Below are positions 1 to 15,245 of a DNA stretch of 64,000 nt, in pieces. Position 1 is the stretch's first letter. The number at the start of each line of letters is the position of its first letter. The DNA comes from Eledone cirrhosa (Eukaryota), in NCBI GenBank assembly GCA_964016885.1, contig OZ024748.1, forward strand, positions 27,342,001 to 27,406,000. Direction: 5' to 3'. A program made the position numbers and the translations under genes. The notes under the pieces are model-generated. The model did not search any database. It saw only the letters and a program-made list of their open reading frames with translations, and was not told the origin of the DNA.

Positions 1-185
1 ATTTTATATACATTATAAAACTCTTTTTTTTTTTAAATTGTCCCTCTCATATTTTCCATAATATCATTTTGATGAATCAAAGAAAGGAAAAAAAAGAAAA
101 ACACCTCCTTAAATATATTTTCCGTGCTATTTCCAATTTCACCTTTTCTCTACAACCACTGTTTTATATAGAACCTTATTTCCCT

Positions 186-270
<85 letters not shown>

Positions 271-449
271 TAAGTTATTCCGGGTTGAATCGGAGGTACC
301 CACAGTATGTAATGTACTCAATACATAGCAGAGTATAAAAGTTTTAATATAGATGAGATTCTACAGGACTAGAACTGTTTCATTCTTTAGAAATCATAAA
401 AGCAGAAACATTCATGTTATTTTTAGCAGAAGCGCTTGTTATTGATGCA

Positions 450-590
450 TTCTGAGTTCAGATCCCACCGAGATTAGCTTTGCTATTCATCCTTACAGGG
501 TCGATAAATAAAAGAACACTGGGGTCGGTTTCATCGACTTTCCCCTTCCTCCAAATTGTTCGCCTTGTGCCTAAATCAGAAACCAAGTTT
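450..590 (+). mobile_element. tRNA-derived SINE fragment (Nin/Deu-like central domain)
   Basis: B-box-like gagttcagatcc followed by ctttgctattcatccttacaggggtcgataaat; matches the fuller copy at 33829. Confidence 0.7.
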
Positions 591-907
591 CAGCAGAAGC
601 CGTTGTTGTTGTTTTTTTATGTATTCTGAGTTCAAATCCCGCCGAAGACAACTTCACCTTCCATCCTTCCCAAATTTCACAGGAAGGATTATCACGTTGG
701 ATACTGGGAGTCCTTTCTCCCGAATAAAATAACTTCAACTTACAGTTTGGTTAGCTGACCAACCTAGCTTTAAACACCTTTTGCTTTAACCACACTATGT
801 ATTTGTAAACAAAGCGGTTGAAATTTGAAATGTACGCGTCCCAACACAAATGTCAATCATAAAAGTCAATTACTATTATTATGGTCATTTGCGTTGGATT
901 GCACAAA

Positions 908-960
<53 letters not shown>

Positions 961-979
961 TGTGAGTGTGTGTGTGTGA

Positions 980-1014
<35 letters not shown>

Positions 1015-1239
1015 TGTGTGTGTGTGAATGTGTGTGTGTGTGTGGGGGGGGGGGGGGTGTATGTGTTCAATCAGGTTACAGAAAACAGCGTATCTCTTTG
1101 TTTTATTTTAATTTTATGGTAAACACTTTCAGAAAAAGAATCAGGTTACTGATAAACAATCTGCTGTCCTATTTCCCCTTCTCAGTCTTTCTAGAGTGGT
1201 GAGGACACCGGATTAAAGATGACTTATGTCTGGCACATG

Positions 1240-1327
<88 letters not shown>

Positions 1328-1332
1328 GTATA

Positions 1333-1454
1333 TATTGTTATATTTGGGGAGGATCATATTGTTATAATATTGTCAGAAATAATAAAACACATTCACTGTG
1401 TGTGTGTTTTATTATCATTTCTGGCAATATGACCCTCCCTAAATATAACAATAT
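1333..1454. mobile_element. small MITE-like fold-back element
   Basis: Terminal inverted repeats atattgttatatttggggaggatcatattg / caatatgaccctccctaaatataacaatat; related pieces near 26056 and 36140. Confidence 0.5.
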
Positions 1455-1518
1455 TTGTTTCAACACACGATTTCATATAAAAAACGTTGCAAAAAAAAAT
1501 TTAATAAAAAAAAAAAAA

Positions 1519-1594
<76 letters not shown>

Positions 1595-1693
1595 CATATA
1601 TATATGTTCAATATATATATATCAAAACTCTGGAGATACAGTACGGAACTAGTTGTTGAAACGGCAACGGCTCAATCGTCGGGGTCCCTACAC

Positions 1694-1785
<92 letters not shown>

Positions 1786-1879
1786 ACATATATGTATGTG
1801 TATGTCAAGCCGTCTTGACACCAACCTGTTTTCATGGGTTACTGCAGCTGATATCACAATAGATTCAAACAAAAGTGAT

Positions 1880-2378
1880 GTATATATATGTATGTGTATG
1901 TGTGTGTGTGTGTGTATGTATGTGTGTAAATGTGTATGTATGTGTGTATGTGTGTATGTATGTATGTATCAGTGTATGTATGTGTGTATGCGTGTGTGTA
2001 CGTATGTATGTATGTATGTATGTATGTATGTATGTATGTATGTGTGTGTGTATGTATGTAAGTATGTATGTGTGGATGGATATATGTATGTGTGTATGTA
2101 TGTATGTATGTATCCGGGTATGTATGTATGTATGTATGTATGTATGTATGTATGTGTGTGTGTATGTATGTAAGTATGTATATATGTAAGTATGTATATA
2201 TGTAAGTATGTATGTGTGGATGGATATATGTATGTGTGTATGTATGTATGTGTGTATGTATGTAAGTATGTATATATGTAAGTATGTATATATGTAAGTA
2301 TGTATGTGTGGATGGATATATGTATGTGTGTATGTATGTGTGTATGTATGTATGTATCCGGGTATGTATGTATGTATG

Positions 2379-2412
<34 letters not shown>

Positions 2413-2538
2413 TGTATGTATGTATGTATGTATGTATGTGTGTGTGTATGTGTGTGTGTGTATGTATGTGTGTGTGTGTGTGTGTGTATGTGTGTGTGTA
2501 TGTATGTATGTATGTATGTATGTATGTATGTATGTATG

Positions 2539-2570
<32 letters not shown>

Positions 2571-2574
2571 CGTG

Positions 2575-2605
<31 letters not shown>

Positions 2606-2680
2606 GTGTGTGTGTATGTGTGCATGTATGTATGTATGTATGTATGTATGTATGTATGTATGTATGTATGTATGTATGGA
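1880..2680. repeat. (TATG)n/(TG)n compound microsatellite
   Basis: Directly visible. Confidence 0.95.
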
Positions 2681-3494
2681 TATATTTCTGTCAGCATGTG
2701 TCGATGTGATGTGAATGCAGTAAATGTGACAACATACCTTGTTGTGATGACGTTCTTCGTTAGAATAGAGCTTGGTTAAATGGAGCGGTGTGGCGGCGGT
2801 TGTGTTATCTGACTTGGGGACGGGTGGAGACTACTGATAAGGGATCGAAGGAGAGTAGGAGAATATGTAGACAGAGTAATTGAGAGAGATAAAGTGGGGA
2901 GAGAGAGGGGAAGAGAAGGGACGAGTGAGAGAAAGAGAAAGAGAGAAAGTGTGAGCAGAAGGCAAAGTTTGATAGATAGATAGATAGAGAGAGAGGGGAG
3001 AGAGAGAGAGAGAGAGAGAGAGTGAGAAAGAGAGAGAAGGAGAGAACTACACAGTATAGATCGAAGGGAGTAAATTGCCTAACAGACTTGTGAACAATTT
3101 ATATGCACTTAGAGACACGTGAACAGGTAGAGTGAAAAGTAATAAATATATTAAGAGATAAATAGGTAGGTTGTCAGGCAGACGGGTGAACAGCTAAAGT
3201 GGAAAGTAAACGGATATGTTAACAAGGATAAAGAGATAAAGAGATAAATTGTTAGACAGAGACGTGAACAAAAAGATTGAGGAAAGTGTAATAGCCTAAC
3301 AGACCGGAAGATAAACAGTGACAAACAGACGTATAGACGGCATGAAATTGAGACGCATGCAGACGTACAGATGTACAGAAGTACAAAAGTGTGGGCTAGT
3401 CGAATAGACAAATCGATAGACAGATAAATAGATAGGTTGACAGATAGATAGATAGATAGATTGCCAACCAGAGAGATAGATAAATAGATGGATG

Positions 3495-3539
<45 letters not shown>

Positions 3540-4009
3540 ATATAACGGGTGGTATATTAATAGACAGGAAAAGTGATTTTGAAGTATGAGGCGAAAGGCG
3601 AGACAGCTAGTAAAAATGTGGAGTAAGAGCGACAATATTTGAGGCTAAACGTAAAAGAGGCAGCGGCAATGACGAGAGTTTACGAACGAATGATATCGGA
3701 ACTGCTAGAGTTGTTTTATTCATCAACATTCTTCACTGCTGGCGTTGTTCGTACATGTCGGCTGCGTCCTTCCAATTAATAGCTCTGCTCCATCACCATC
3801 ACCACCGGCACCATTAGCTCCATCACTATCACCATCACCAACACCTTCATCCCCATCACAATCTCCTCCATTACTCTCACCAAAGAATTCGAAATCATCA
3901 GGAAAGCCCTGACAATTTCTTTCGAATGAAACAGTTCTAGTCCTGTAGAAGCCATCTCTCTCTCTCTCTATGCCCCCCCCCCCCCCATCTCTCTCTATGC
4001 TCCCCCCCA

Positions 4010-4076
<67 letters not shown>

Positions 4077-4344
4077 TTTTTTTTCTTCAAACTTACATTT
4101 TAGACTTAGCTCCGTTTAATTGATTATTTATCTAGTTAATTTCTACGGACTAAGAGGAAAGACTAGGTAAATGTTATCTGACTGTTCCCCATAGAGGAAT
4201 ATCGGTAACATTTATCTGTTATTTCTTCAAAGTTACATTTAAAAGTTAGCTCCGTTTAAATGATTATTTATCTGGTTGATTTCTACGGACTAAGAAGAAA
4301 AAATTGGATATATTTTGTCTGACTATTCTTCAAACTCTCAAGAG

Positions 4345-4960
<616 letters not shown>

Positions 4961-4977
4961 GGTGGAGGGTGGGGGGT

Positions 4978-5069
<92 letters not shown>

Positions 5070-5699
5070 GTCTGTCTGCCTGTCTCTCCCCGTCGTCGTG
5101 CTTCTCTGTCAGTATGTCCCCACTCCCAACTGAACTCGGTTTTATATGGTGCAAGGTCAACACCCACTCCCAACTGTTGTTGCTGGTACACACTTTCAAC
5201 TGAGTGGACTACTATGTGTCTGCATGTGTGTGTATGTACGTGTGTGTATATATATATGTGTGTGTGTATGTATGTATATGTGTGTGTGTGTGTGAGTCTG
5301 TGTATGCGTAAGTGTGAGTGTGAGTCTGTATGTGTGTTGTGCCTGTCTGCATGTGTGTATGTGCATGTGTGAATGTGTAATATGAAAGGATAACCATATG
5401 CTGCCCGATCCTTACGACTGTACGGCCAACACTCTAACAACTAGGCCGCAAGCCTGCACATATTACCAAGCAAAACACACCAATTAAACAATTATTCTAA
5501 GTAAATAATTTTTTTTTATGTAGCAAGGCCGCTAGGGAAGATAAAAGCGTTAAATAGAGAAGGTATTCTATGGCCGACTCGTGTGTACCGGATCTCAGGA
5601 AAGGCACCTAACCTAAGCAATGGCAATCGGGAATGATAATCCCAATTTTCAAAAGGAGAGACTAGAGAGATTGTTCCAATTACAGAAGGATCTCTTTGT

Positions 5700-5870
5700 T
5701 AAGCCTCTGCTAAATGTCTGGCAAAGAAATGTAGGGAGATTCGAGTTCAATTATGGTTTCCGCCCCGGACGCAGCACAGCCGACCAAATATTCACACTGC
5801 GGCAGGTCTTTGAGAAATTGTGGGAGTATTGCCAAGAGGTATATTCTTGTTTTGTCAACATTGAAAAGGT
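5700..5870 (+). pseudogene. RTE-like LINE reverse transcriptase fragment
   Basis: YGFRPGRSTADQIFTLRQVFEKLWEYCQEVYSCFV is typical of non-LTR RT motifs 1-3. Confidence 0.8.
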
Positions 5871-5894
5871 AGGGCAATTGCTTACTACACATGC

Positions 5895-6920
5895 ATGGTT
5901 CCGTAAGTCCTGTGAGAGTCGAAGGGGCGTCATATTGACATACCGCGTTCCTAGGGCATTTTAAAACATGGCGTAGTCCATTCTTCTTTATACAGCAGAT
6001 TTCTTCCAGAGAAGGATAGATAGTGAGAGAGTGGAAGAGAGAAAGTGATATAGAGGATTAATCGACTAGTACATTTTTATCGACCTCGAATGAATGAAAG
6101 GAAAAGTTTACCTCGACGGGATTTAAACTGAGAGAGCAAAGAGCCGAAACGAATGCCGTAAAGCATTCTATCTGATGTCCTAACAACTCTGCCATTCTAT
6201 TTGATATCCTAACAACTCTGCCATTCTATCTGATATCCTAACAACTCTGCCATTCTATCTGATGTCCTAACAACTGCCATTCTATCTGATATCCCAACAA
6301 CTCTGCCATTCTATTTGATATCCTAACAACTCTGCCATTCTATCTGATATCCTAACAACTCTGCCATTCTATCTGATGTCCTAACAACTCTGCCATTCTA
6401 TCTGATGTCCTAACAACTGCCATTCTATCTGATATCCTAACAACTCTGCCATTCTATCTGATATCCTAACAACTCTGCCATTCTATCTGATGTCCTAACA
6501 ACTCTGCCATTCTATCTGATATCCTAACAACTCTGTCATTCTATCTGATGTCCTAACAACTCTGCCATTCTATCTGATGTCCTAACAACTCTGCCATTCT
6601 ATCTGATATCCTAACAACTCTGCCATTCTATCTGATATCCTAACAACTCTGCCATTCTATCTGATGTCCTAACAACTGCCATTCTATCTGATATCCTAAC
6701 AACTCTGCCATTCTATCTGATATCCTAATAACTCTGCCATTCTATCTGATATCCTAACAACTGCCATTCTATCTGAAACCCTAACAACTCTGCCATTCTA
6801 TCTGATATCCTAACAACTCTGCCATTCTATCTGATATCCTAACAACTCTGCCATTCTATCTGATATCCTAACAACTCTGCCATTCTATCTGATGTCCTAA
6901 CAACTCTGCCAATTCGCTGC
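5895..6920 (-). mobile_element. SINE with long 3' tail and an internal minisatellite expansion of its head
   Basis: Body at 6065-6165 matches the SINE consensus; 5' end reads ggcagcgaattggcagag at ~6920; tail 5895-6060 is a diverged inverse of 7250-7430. Confidence 0.65.
6165..6912. repeat. 29-bp minisatellite, ~26 copies
   Basis: Unit ctctgccattctatctgat(a/g)tcctaacaa, head-to-tail, no spacers. Confidence 0.95.
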
Positions 6921-7149
6921 CTATACCCCTCTTCTATACAAGAGTTAAAAGTTAGGCTATCTTAAAAGATAAATACCTAGGGAAGTCGCATAACTCTACT
7001 TCAATGGATCAGCAGATAAAAGAAAAACGTGTTAAAATCAGCTGAAGATCACGTGGTTAAGTTCTCAGAAAGCTTAAAAGTGAAAGTGACAGAGATAGCT
7101 AGATTAGTCTATGTTGGACCAACAGCCGATTCACTAGCTCTCACGAATA

Positions 7150-7430
7150 CATAGGTGGCGAATTGTTCAAATCCCGCCAAGGTCAACTTTGCCTTTCATC
7201 CATTCAAAGTCGATAAAAAAAGTACCAGTCTAGTACTGGGGTCGATACTTCCTCTATATCACTTTCTCACTTCCATTCTCTCACTCTCTATCCTTCACTA
7301 ATAGAAATCTGCTGTATGCAGACCTGGAAAGGAGATGGGCTCCACCAGCTTTTAAAAAAGGCCCTATAAACGTCGTATGTCAATGCGGCGCCCCTACGAC
7401 TCCCCCAGGAATTAAGGGACCATACATGGA
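7150..7430 (+). mobile_element. SINE (long-tail subfamily)
   Basis: gttcaaatcccgccaaggtcaactttgcctttcatcc...gtcgataaa; tail is shared with 5895-6060 and ~25520-25720. Confidence 0.65.
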
Positions 7431-7754
7431 AGAATTTATTTTCCAGACCAGAAATACATGACCTCTTGTGTCCTTAGTCCCCGCACTGCTAATTTCCCCT
7501 GTAAAATCGGAAAGACAGTGACCCGCCCGAGGAAGGAGCCCCGTGAGGTGTGGTGGCTGTTGTAGTGGGTGTCGCTGACCATTTTCCGTGACATGTCTTC
7601 GCCATTCTGTCTGCGGGGCACAGCTAAATCACACTCAGACAAGGGTGTAGAGTCTGTCCCTCTTTCCTTCATTGCTTTACACCATTTTTTTTTCTTCTTT
7701 CCCTTTCCTTTATTTAGTTTCATTTAAATATTATTATTTTGTATAACGTGGATA

Positions 7755-7957
7755 GGAAATATCGGTAGAGCATCGGACAACATCCTTTGCGGCATATAGT
7801 TGCTGCCCTTTACTTTCTGATTTCAAATCTCGCCGAGGTTAGCTTTGCCTTTCATCCTTACGGGCTCGGTAAAATAAAGTACCAGTAACGCACTGGGGTC
7901 GATTTAATCAACATTCCCCTCCGCAGAATTGTTGGCTTTGTGCGTATATCAGAAACA
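7755..7957 (+). mobile_element. SINE
   Basis: Matches the 33829 copy along its length. Confidence 0.75.
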
Positions 7958-8506
7958 ATTATTGTGTCTAACTTTACAATGTTATCTTATGTTTTTTTGT
8001 CTTCCATTTTTTTCTTTACAATATAACTTCTATGTCACATATAGTCAACAGAATCGACATCAGTTCCTTAAAGTTGTAGCAGTTGCCTCCCTTGTTGTGA
8101 CTCACAACCCCAATAGATTAACAACATCTAGACGGGAAGTAGAACCCTTTCTGTAACTTCCGGTCAGAACCCTATAAAACTAATAACTTTAAGTTCTCAC
8201 CCTCTCATTTGCCCTTACGGCGCCTGGCCTTAGCCAGGCGTCTTCTGCCAGCCTGCGTTTGCCTGGCAATCAAAACGGTAACTACTAACTTTGCTTCATT
8301 CTTTCGTTTATTCATTGACATGTCAACTATACTGTTAAATTGTTGATTAAATATTATACACACAAACCATGTCTCCTTGTTACATTCATACACGCTAGTA
8401 ATTTCCGCTATAAAGTAGTTCTCGATCTATCAAAGTTTTGAGCGTCTTAAACATTTCACGTCAATCTCCTCTGACCAAACACTTTTCTTCTAGTTCGAAA
8501 CCTAAG

Positions 8507-8543
<37 letters not shown>

Positions 8544-8734
8544 GGACCTCCGTCGGTTTCGACGACGAACGTTCCGCTTTTTCTATCAAAGAACACCCCT
8601 GTTCGGGAAATCACTGTGCTAGTGGTTGATTGTTCCATAAGGTATATATTATAGAGACCCAGCATAACAGGGAGTGCATGATAAGTCTGTCTCTTTAAAT
8701 TACAGGTACAGCCTATGTTTGCCAACCGAGTGGT

Positions 8735-8826
8735 TTGCTCAAGGACACAACACACCCCGGGTAATCGAACTGACGTCTTAATGAAAAGGAGCGGAACACC
8801 GTAACCACTAAGCTATGCCGTTCACA
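8735..8826 (-). mobile_element. second tRNA-SINE family fragment (CORE/Meta-like)
   Basis: Reverse complement contains gttcgatt...gtgttgtgtccttgagcaa; related copy at 56975-57095. Confidence 0.5.
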
Positions 8827-9119
8827 ACAGCGGTGTATGATATTGCTAATTAAGTATGTAATTTCCAATTAACAGTTGTGTTGATAATCGAACTGACGTC
8901 TTAATGAAGGTTTAGTGGAACACGTTAACCATTAAGCTATGTCCCCATTCATAAGAGCGGTGTATGATAGTGCTAATTAAGTAATCAATTGGCAACTAAC
9001 AGTTCTGCCAATATCCATCCAGACTCCATAATTGACTTCATCAACACGGAGCAGAGCAGCAATTGGCGTCGCTTTCTCTCAAATACAGAAAACTTACCCT
9101 TCTACCACATCACCTTATC

Positions 9120-10007
9120 CATCACCACCCCACCAACATCACCACCCTCCTCACTAACATCACCACCACCATCACCACCAACATTACTACCAACACCAAC
9201 ACAACCACCATTACCACCAACACCAACACAACCACCACCACCACCACCACCACCACCACCACCACCACCACCACCACCACCACCACCACCACCACCACCA
9301 CCACCACCACCACCACTACCACTACCACCACCACCAACAACAACAAAAACACCACCACCAGCACCACTACCACTCCCTACACTACCACCACCACCAACAA
9401 AAACACCACCCCACCACAAACACGTACACCACTAACACCACCACCACCACCACCACCAACAGCACCACCACCAATACCACCACCACCAACAACAACAACA
9501 CCACAACCAACACCACCACTACCACCACCACCAACAGCACCACCACCAACACCACCACCACCACCAACACCACCACTACCACCACTAACACCACCACCAC
9601 CACCACCAACACCACCACCAACACCACCAACACCACCACCACCACCAACAGAAACACCACCAACACTACCTACACCACCACCACCACCAACACCACCACC
9701 ACCACCACCAACACTACCACCACCACCACCACCACCGCCACCACCACCAACACCACCACTACCACCACCAACACCACCACCACCACCACCACCACCACCA
9801 ACACTACCTACATCACCACCACCACCACCAACACCACCACCACCAACACCACCACCAACACCACCACCACCACCACCAACACCACCACCACCATTACCAC
9901 CACCACCACCAACACCACCACCAACACCACCACCAACACCACCACCACCACCACCACCACCACCACCACCACCACCACCACCACCACCACCACCACCACC
10001 ACCACCC
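9120..10007. repeat. (CCA)n degenerate trinucleotide tract
   Basis: Directly visible; source of the poly-Pro/Thr/Gly ORFs. Confidence 0.95.
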
Positions 10008-10230
10008 TCTACATGGACCATATCAGCCCTTCACCCATCCTATATTCATGTTATTTGAACCACAAACAAAATGCGTCAATCAGGGAATTCTTCGATTTTC
10101 ATAAACATTGGTTCTCTGCCAATATTGAACACTAACGTAAACGGTCTTTAGCCTTCTTTATTTATCGGTTTTCTTCTAGTTAAGCTCTCGCTCTCTCTTT
10201 CGCCCCCCCCTCTCTCTCTCTCTATATATA

Positions 10231-10298
<68 letters not shown>

Positions 10299-10397
10299 CT
10301 CTTTTACTCTTTTACCTGTTTCAGCCACCCGGCTGAGGCCATGCTGGGGCACCGCCCTTGTTGCTACACATTTTATCTCCAGCCTGTATATATATGC

Positions 10398-10810
10398 ACT
10401 AGCTGAATGACCCGGCGTTGCCCGGGTTACTGCTGTTCTTATTCAGATTAGTAAACAATAGATATAAAGATATATTTTTTTGCTCCTAATTATTTCAAAA
10501 TATCTATATTTTATTAAAAAAAATATCAAAGTTGTAATGATAATAGAATTTAGAAATGAAAATCTGTCAATCTTGAAGCACCTCAGAGTAAACTTGTGAG
10601 CAACTAACATACAGTTGACCGTGGGAGAAACATGTAGTAGAGGGATCAAGTCCAATTACCTTGAGGGATTGACTCTGAGATTTGTTAATTGAAATAACAA
10701 AACTTAGTTTGACTGGAAACTGAAGCCTCTTAAATTCAAATGGAACAGCTGTAGGTATGAGAGGAATTTTGGGAATAAAGACATTTTTTTTCAATATTGT
10801 AAGCAAATAA
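10398..10810 (-). mobile_element. Helitron 3' fragment: Pif1-like helicase C-terminus, hairpin and CTAG end
   Basis: VFIPKIPLIPTAVPFEFKRLQFPVKLSFVISINKSQSQSLKVIGLD then (frameshift) FSHGQLYV; terminal ccgggcaacgccgggtcattcagctag. Confidence 0.85.
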
Positions 10811-11078
10811 GTATCAACATCCCCCCAAAATATATATCAATCTCTATTTTTGTATGCAGTGTAAATTAACTCACACACACACACACTCTCACATACACTC
10901 ACACACATATATTTGTCAGTCGCCACATATGTATATGTATGTGTAGATATGTGTGTGTTCATACAAACACACAACTTATAAAAAAACACACAAACATACA
11001 TTCATACAAACACACCCATAGAGTTTCACCTCCAGCGTTTCGTTATGTCAGTCGTTACACATGTATATGTATGTGTAA

Positions 11079-11144
<66 letters not shown>

Positions 11145-11299
11145 AATTATCTGTGTATCTGATTAAATATTTAGGTGTGTATACAACTTACTAAGGCGTA
11201 ACGAATGTAACGAACGCGCAAACACACACACACTGATATACAAAATGTGACGTCATCGTCGTCGTCCTGTTATGAAATATCCGTCTATAGTAGATTATC

Positions 11300-11491
11300 T
11301 ATATATCTAAAACATAAAATATCTGTCTGTCTGTCTGACTCCCTAAAACTCGAGAACCACCCAACCGATTGTTTTCAAACTTTACACATGTAATACTTAT
11401 GGTCCTGTGAGTGTTTTGAGCAAAAGAAATTTCAAATGTTCAATGCCCTAGGGACTGCATTAGGCGAGCAACGCCGGGCCATTCTGCTAGT
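11300..11491 (+). mobile_element. non-autonomous Helitron-like element
   Basis: Ends gagcaacgccgggccattctgctag|t; same end inverted at ~25845-25873. Confidence 0.55.
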
Positions 11492-11806
11492 GTTAGATAA
11501 AATGTTATACAGTTTTAATCCAAATGAAAATAAAAATGTTATTAATCCCGGGGTCTAATACAATTACCTTGTAAAATTTGATTTAATTTGGTCGAGCCGT
11601 TTGAGAGTGCATAAGGAAAAGTCAGACAGACAGAAAAAGAGACAAAGAATTTTATATAGAAAGAGATCGTGTAAACAAATTTTTATACATGTATGTGCTA
11701 CCAATGGTTTTGGGGACCAATTCTCGCCACCACTTTTATCTACGGATTTCTACCAACGTATATATAGATACATACACACATACACACATACATACTTAGA
11801 TACATG

Positions 11807-11881
<75 letters not shown>

Positions 11882-12199
11882 TTTGAGGGTGTTATGTGAT
11901 GTATTTCTGAAATGCTTGTGTTATGTTGTATGTAGTCGAGTAAGTTTTGGTTGTTTCTGTTTAATGCTTTATAATGAGTGAAGGTTGGTTGTATCTTTCT
12001 GTTGGATTTGCTTTTGTTGTTGTGGATTTGGTTGAGTTTGGGATGTTGTTGGTGTCTGCGGACTCTGTTGTGGTGTTTAATGGTGGTTATTACGGGCTTG
12101 TTGGTGTTGATGATGGTGGTGGTGGTGGGGAAGTGGTGGTGCTGGTGACTTTGGTGTAGGTGTTGGTAATAGTTGCCTCAAGGCTTTAGCTTTTTTCCC

Positions 12200-13030
12200 T
12201 TTCTTTTTTTTTTAGGGTGAAATCGGAGAGCTTTTTCTCTTTTTGTTATTGTGAAAGACGGTTTTCTACTTCTCACCTTCGTCACAATTTGTATCCAATT
12301 GTGTGACGTCGGGTAGGGGTATGTTTTCCAGGCGCATAGATGTTGATGTTGGTGGTGAAGCTGCAGTTTCTGTCTCTGTCCTGCTTGTTACTGTTGCTGT
12401 TTTTCCTGCCTCTTTTTCTTGGTGTCATTGTAGATATTTTTTCTATTGTTGGTGTTGTTGCTGCAGATTGGGTGTTGGTAATAGTGCGGATTTACGTTCT
12501 TTTATTCCTTGTTTAGGGCAGAAAGCACTAAGATGGGTGTTTGCACCTCAGGTATAACATCGGGGCCGCATCCCTTTCACCGCTATAAACAGTTGAGTGC
12601 CATTTGGCAGTTCGATGATATCAGGAATATTTTGTAGCTTTTCCTGATTTATTTGGAGCAAAAGCTCCATCCCCAAATCGTTGCAACTCTCCTGATATGA
12701 CGTTTGAATTTGGTGGACATTTTCATTATCCTCTTCGTCCTTCAGGATGGCTGCTACTAGCCAGGGGAGTTTTGTCTCTGGCGGAACATTTTTTACTCTA
12801 ATCTTTGTTACATATTTCCCCATGTAAGTTGGGATTAGCAAGAAATTCTCGCTCTTGAAGTGGTTGATAGAGTGGGCCTTCGCTTTCATTTCCGATGCAA
12901 ATCTTACTTTTATCGCTCTGAACTCTCTTCCTCTCGAGACAAAGGTTTTTTTTTGTCCACATCTCCTTTAAGACACGTCGAGCTTCCATAATAGGGGGTC
13001 GCTCTCGGCGTTTACTGCGGAGATTTACAC
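12200..13030 (-). pseudogene. L1/Tx1-like ORF1 remnant
   Basis: KIRVKNVPPE...IPDIIEL...GMRPRCYT*GANTHL (degenerate zinc knuckle); similar to 60740-61300. Confidence 0.55.
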
Positions 13031-13099
13031 ATTTATAAATGACTGTACATTTTAGTACATTAGCAGTTACATCTTCCGGCGCTGTGATAATTGTCGACA

Positions 13100-13960
13100 A
13101 AATAGAAGAAAGAGAGGTCACCCTGCTCGTCATCTCGCTCCAGTTTTTCTTCATCTGGAAGTCCGGACCGAACCAGACCCCGAGCAATTTAACCGGCCCT
13201 TCCGTCCAGCCCCCCTCCCCACGACGCTGTCGGACGGCATGGACTTGCCACTCCAGGTGCCGAACTGCAAGCCCACCGACTTTTCCTGGTTTAACATTGC
13301 TCCTGTCACTGCTTCATATTCCTTGAGAGCGGTCACGAGCATCTGGACATGTCCGGTACTTGACACCACAACGGTAATGTCATTGGCATAAGCCGATACG
13401 GATCTCCCACAGCCCAATTCGCATGGGACGCCTCTCATCGCTTCAAATTTGTGCAGTAACGGCTCGAGGGCCAATACGTACAAGAGGGACGAGAGGGGAC
13501 AACCATGGCGGACCGAGCGCTTGATGTTGAACGGCTGCGACAGGTGACCGTTCACCCTCACAACTGAGCAGATGTCACTGTGCATCGCAGCGATCCAAAC
13601 CTTGAAAACGGGCCCAGAGCCGGCCACCTCGAGGACCACTGCCAGGTACTGATGGCCGACCCTATCAAATGCCCTAGATTGATCCAAGTTGATCAGGGCC
13701 CTACCCGTGCCAGGTTCCTTAACCACCCTCTCTGTTATGTATCACATGAGGTGGAGGTTGTCGTGGATGGATCTGTCTGGAATGGCGCATGTCTGTACCT
13801 CTCCCACCAGTTCACCGACGACTAGCGCCAATCTCGTTGCTAACACTTTGGCCAAAATCTTGAATTCTGCATTTAGCAGAGTTATGGGCATGAAGTTGTT
13901 TCTAAACTCCCCCTGGTTCGGGTCTTTTCTCAACAGCGCCACCGATAGAGTGAACAGGGT
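13100..13960 (-). pseudogene. L1/Tx1-clade ORF2 RT fragment
   Basis: NFMPITLLNAEFKILAKVLATRL...QTCAIPDRSIHDNL; ALINLDQSRAFDRV; SVRHGCPLSSLLYVLALEPL; SAYANDI; frameshifted. Confidence 0.9.
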
Positions 13961-14120
13961 GGTGGCAGTGGGGGAGGATAGGACTGTGTGAAAAAGAATG
14001 TGATAATGGACATAGCCATAGAATTTTAACTGGTCAGTGGGATTTGAACTGTTCAATAGGAAGCAGGTGATTAATGTAGAGGTGTGCATACCCCCCACCC
14101 CCCACACCACCACCACCACC

Positions 14121-14189
<69 letters not shown>

Positions 14190-14399
14190 GTGTTAAAAAC
14201 TTAAGTAGACGTGTTACCATGACAACAGATCAAAGGCAAGATTTAGGCAGGTTCTCAAAATTTTGGTCCGTTGCCATATATGGAAGATATGCACCAAATA
14301 ATGGAAACTAAAACAACTATAAATAAAATATATAAATAAAAAAAATACGTTTTTCTACGTGTCCAGAATGTCGGCTGCTTGCCATAATAATTATTTGAA

Positions 14400-14778
14400 T
14401 TGTATACACACACACATACACACATATATATACACATACACACGTATACATATAGGTAGATACACGCACACAAATACATATATACACACATACACGCGTA
14501 TATACATAAGTACACACATACACACAGATATATACATATACAGACATACACGCGTATATACATACGTACACACATACACACATACACACGTATATACATA
14601 CATACGTACTCACATACACACAGATATATAAATATACAGACATACACACTTATATACATACGTACACACACACACATATATACACACATACACACGTATA
14701 TACATAGGTACACACATACACACAGATATATATATATACAGACATACACACTATACACATACGTACACACACACACAC

Positions 14779-14825
<47 letters not shown>

Positions 14826-15106
14826 CACACGTATACACATACGTACATACATACACACAGATATATATATATATATACACACATACACACGTATACACAT
14901 ACGTACATACACAGATATATATATATATATATACACACATACATACGTATATACATAGTTACACACATACACACGTATACACATACGTACATACACACAC
15001 AGATAGATATATAGATATATATACACACACATACATACGTATATACATAGTTACATACATACACGCATACACGCATATATACATATACACACGCATATAC
15101 ATACGT

Positions 15107-15139
<33 letters not shown>

Positions 15140-15245
15140 CCCACATACACACGTATATACATAAGTACACACACATACATACATATATGTGTGTATGTGT
15201 GTGTATGTGTGTGTGTGTGTGTGTGCGTGCGTGTGTGTGTGTGTT
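14400..15245. repeat. TA/CA compound microsatellite
   Basis: Directly visible. Confidence 0.95.

Noticed and set aside
6165-6912. CRISPR-like array
   Set aside because: Units abut with no unique spacers, there are no cas genes, and the array derives from a SINE head in eukaryotic DNA.
8989-10058. Extensin, formin or mucin-like Pro/Thr-rich ORFs (also 15362-16189 and 53400-55600)
   Set aside because: Translations of simple repeats, open in several frames on both strands.
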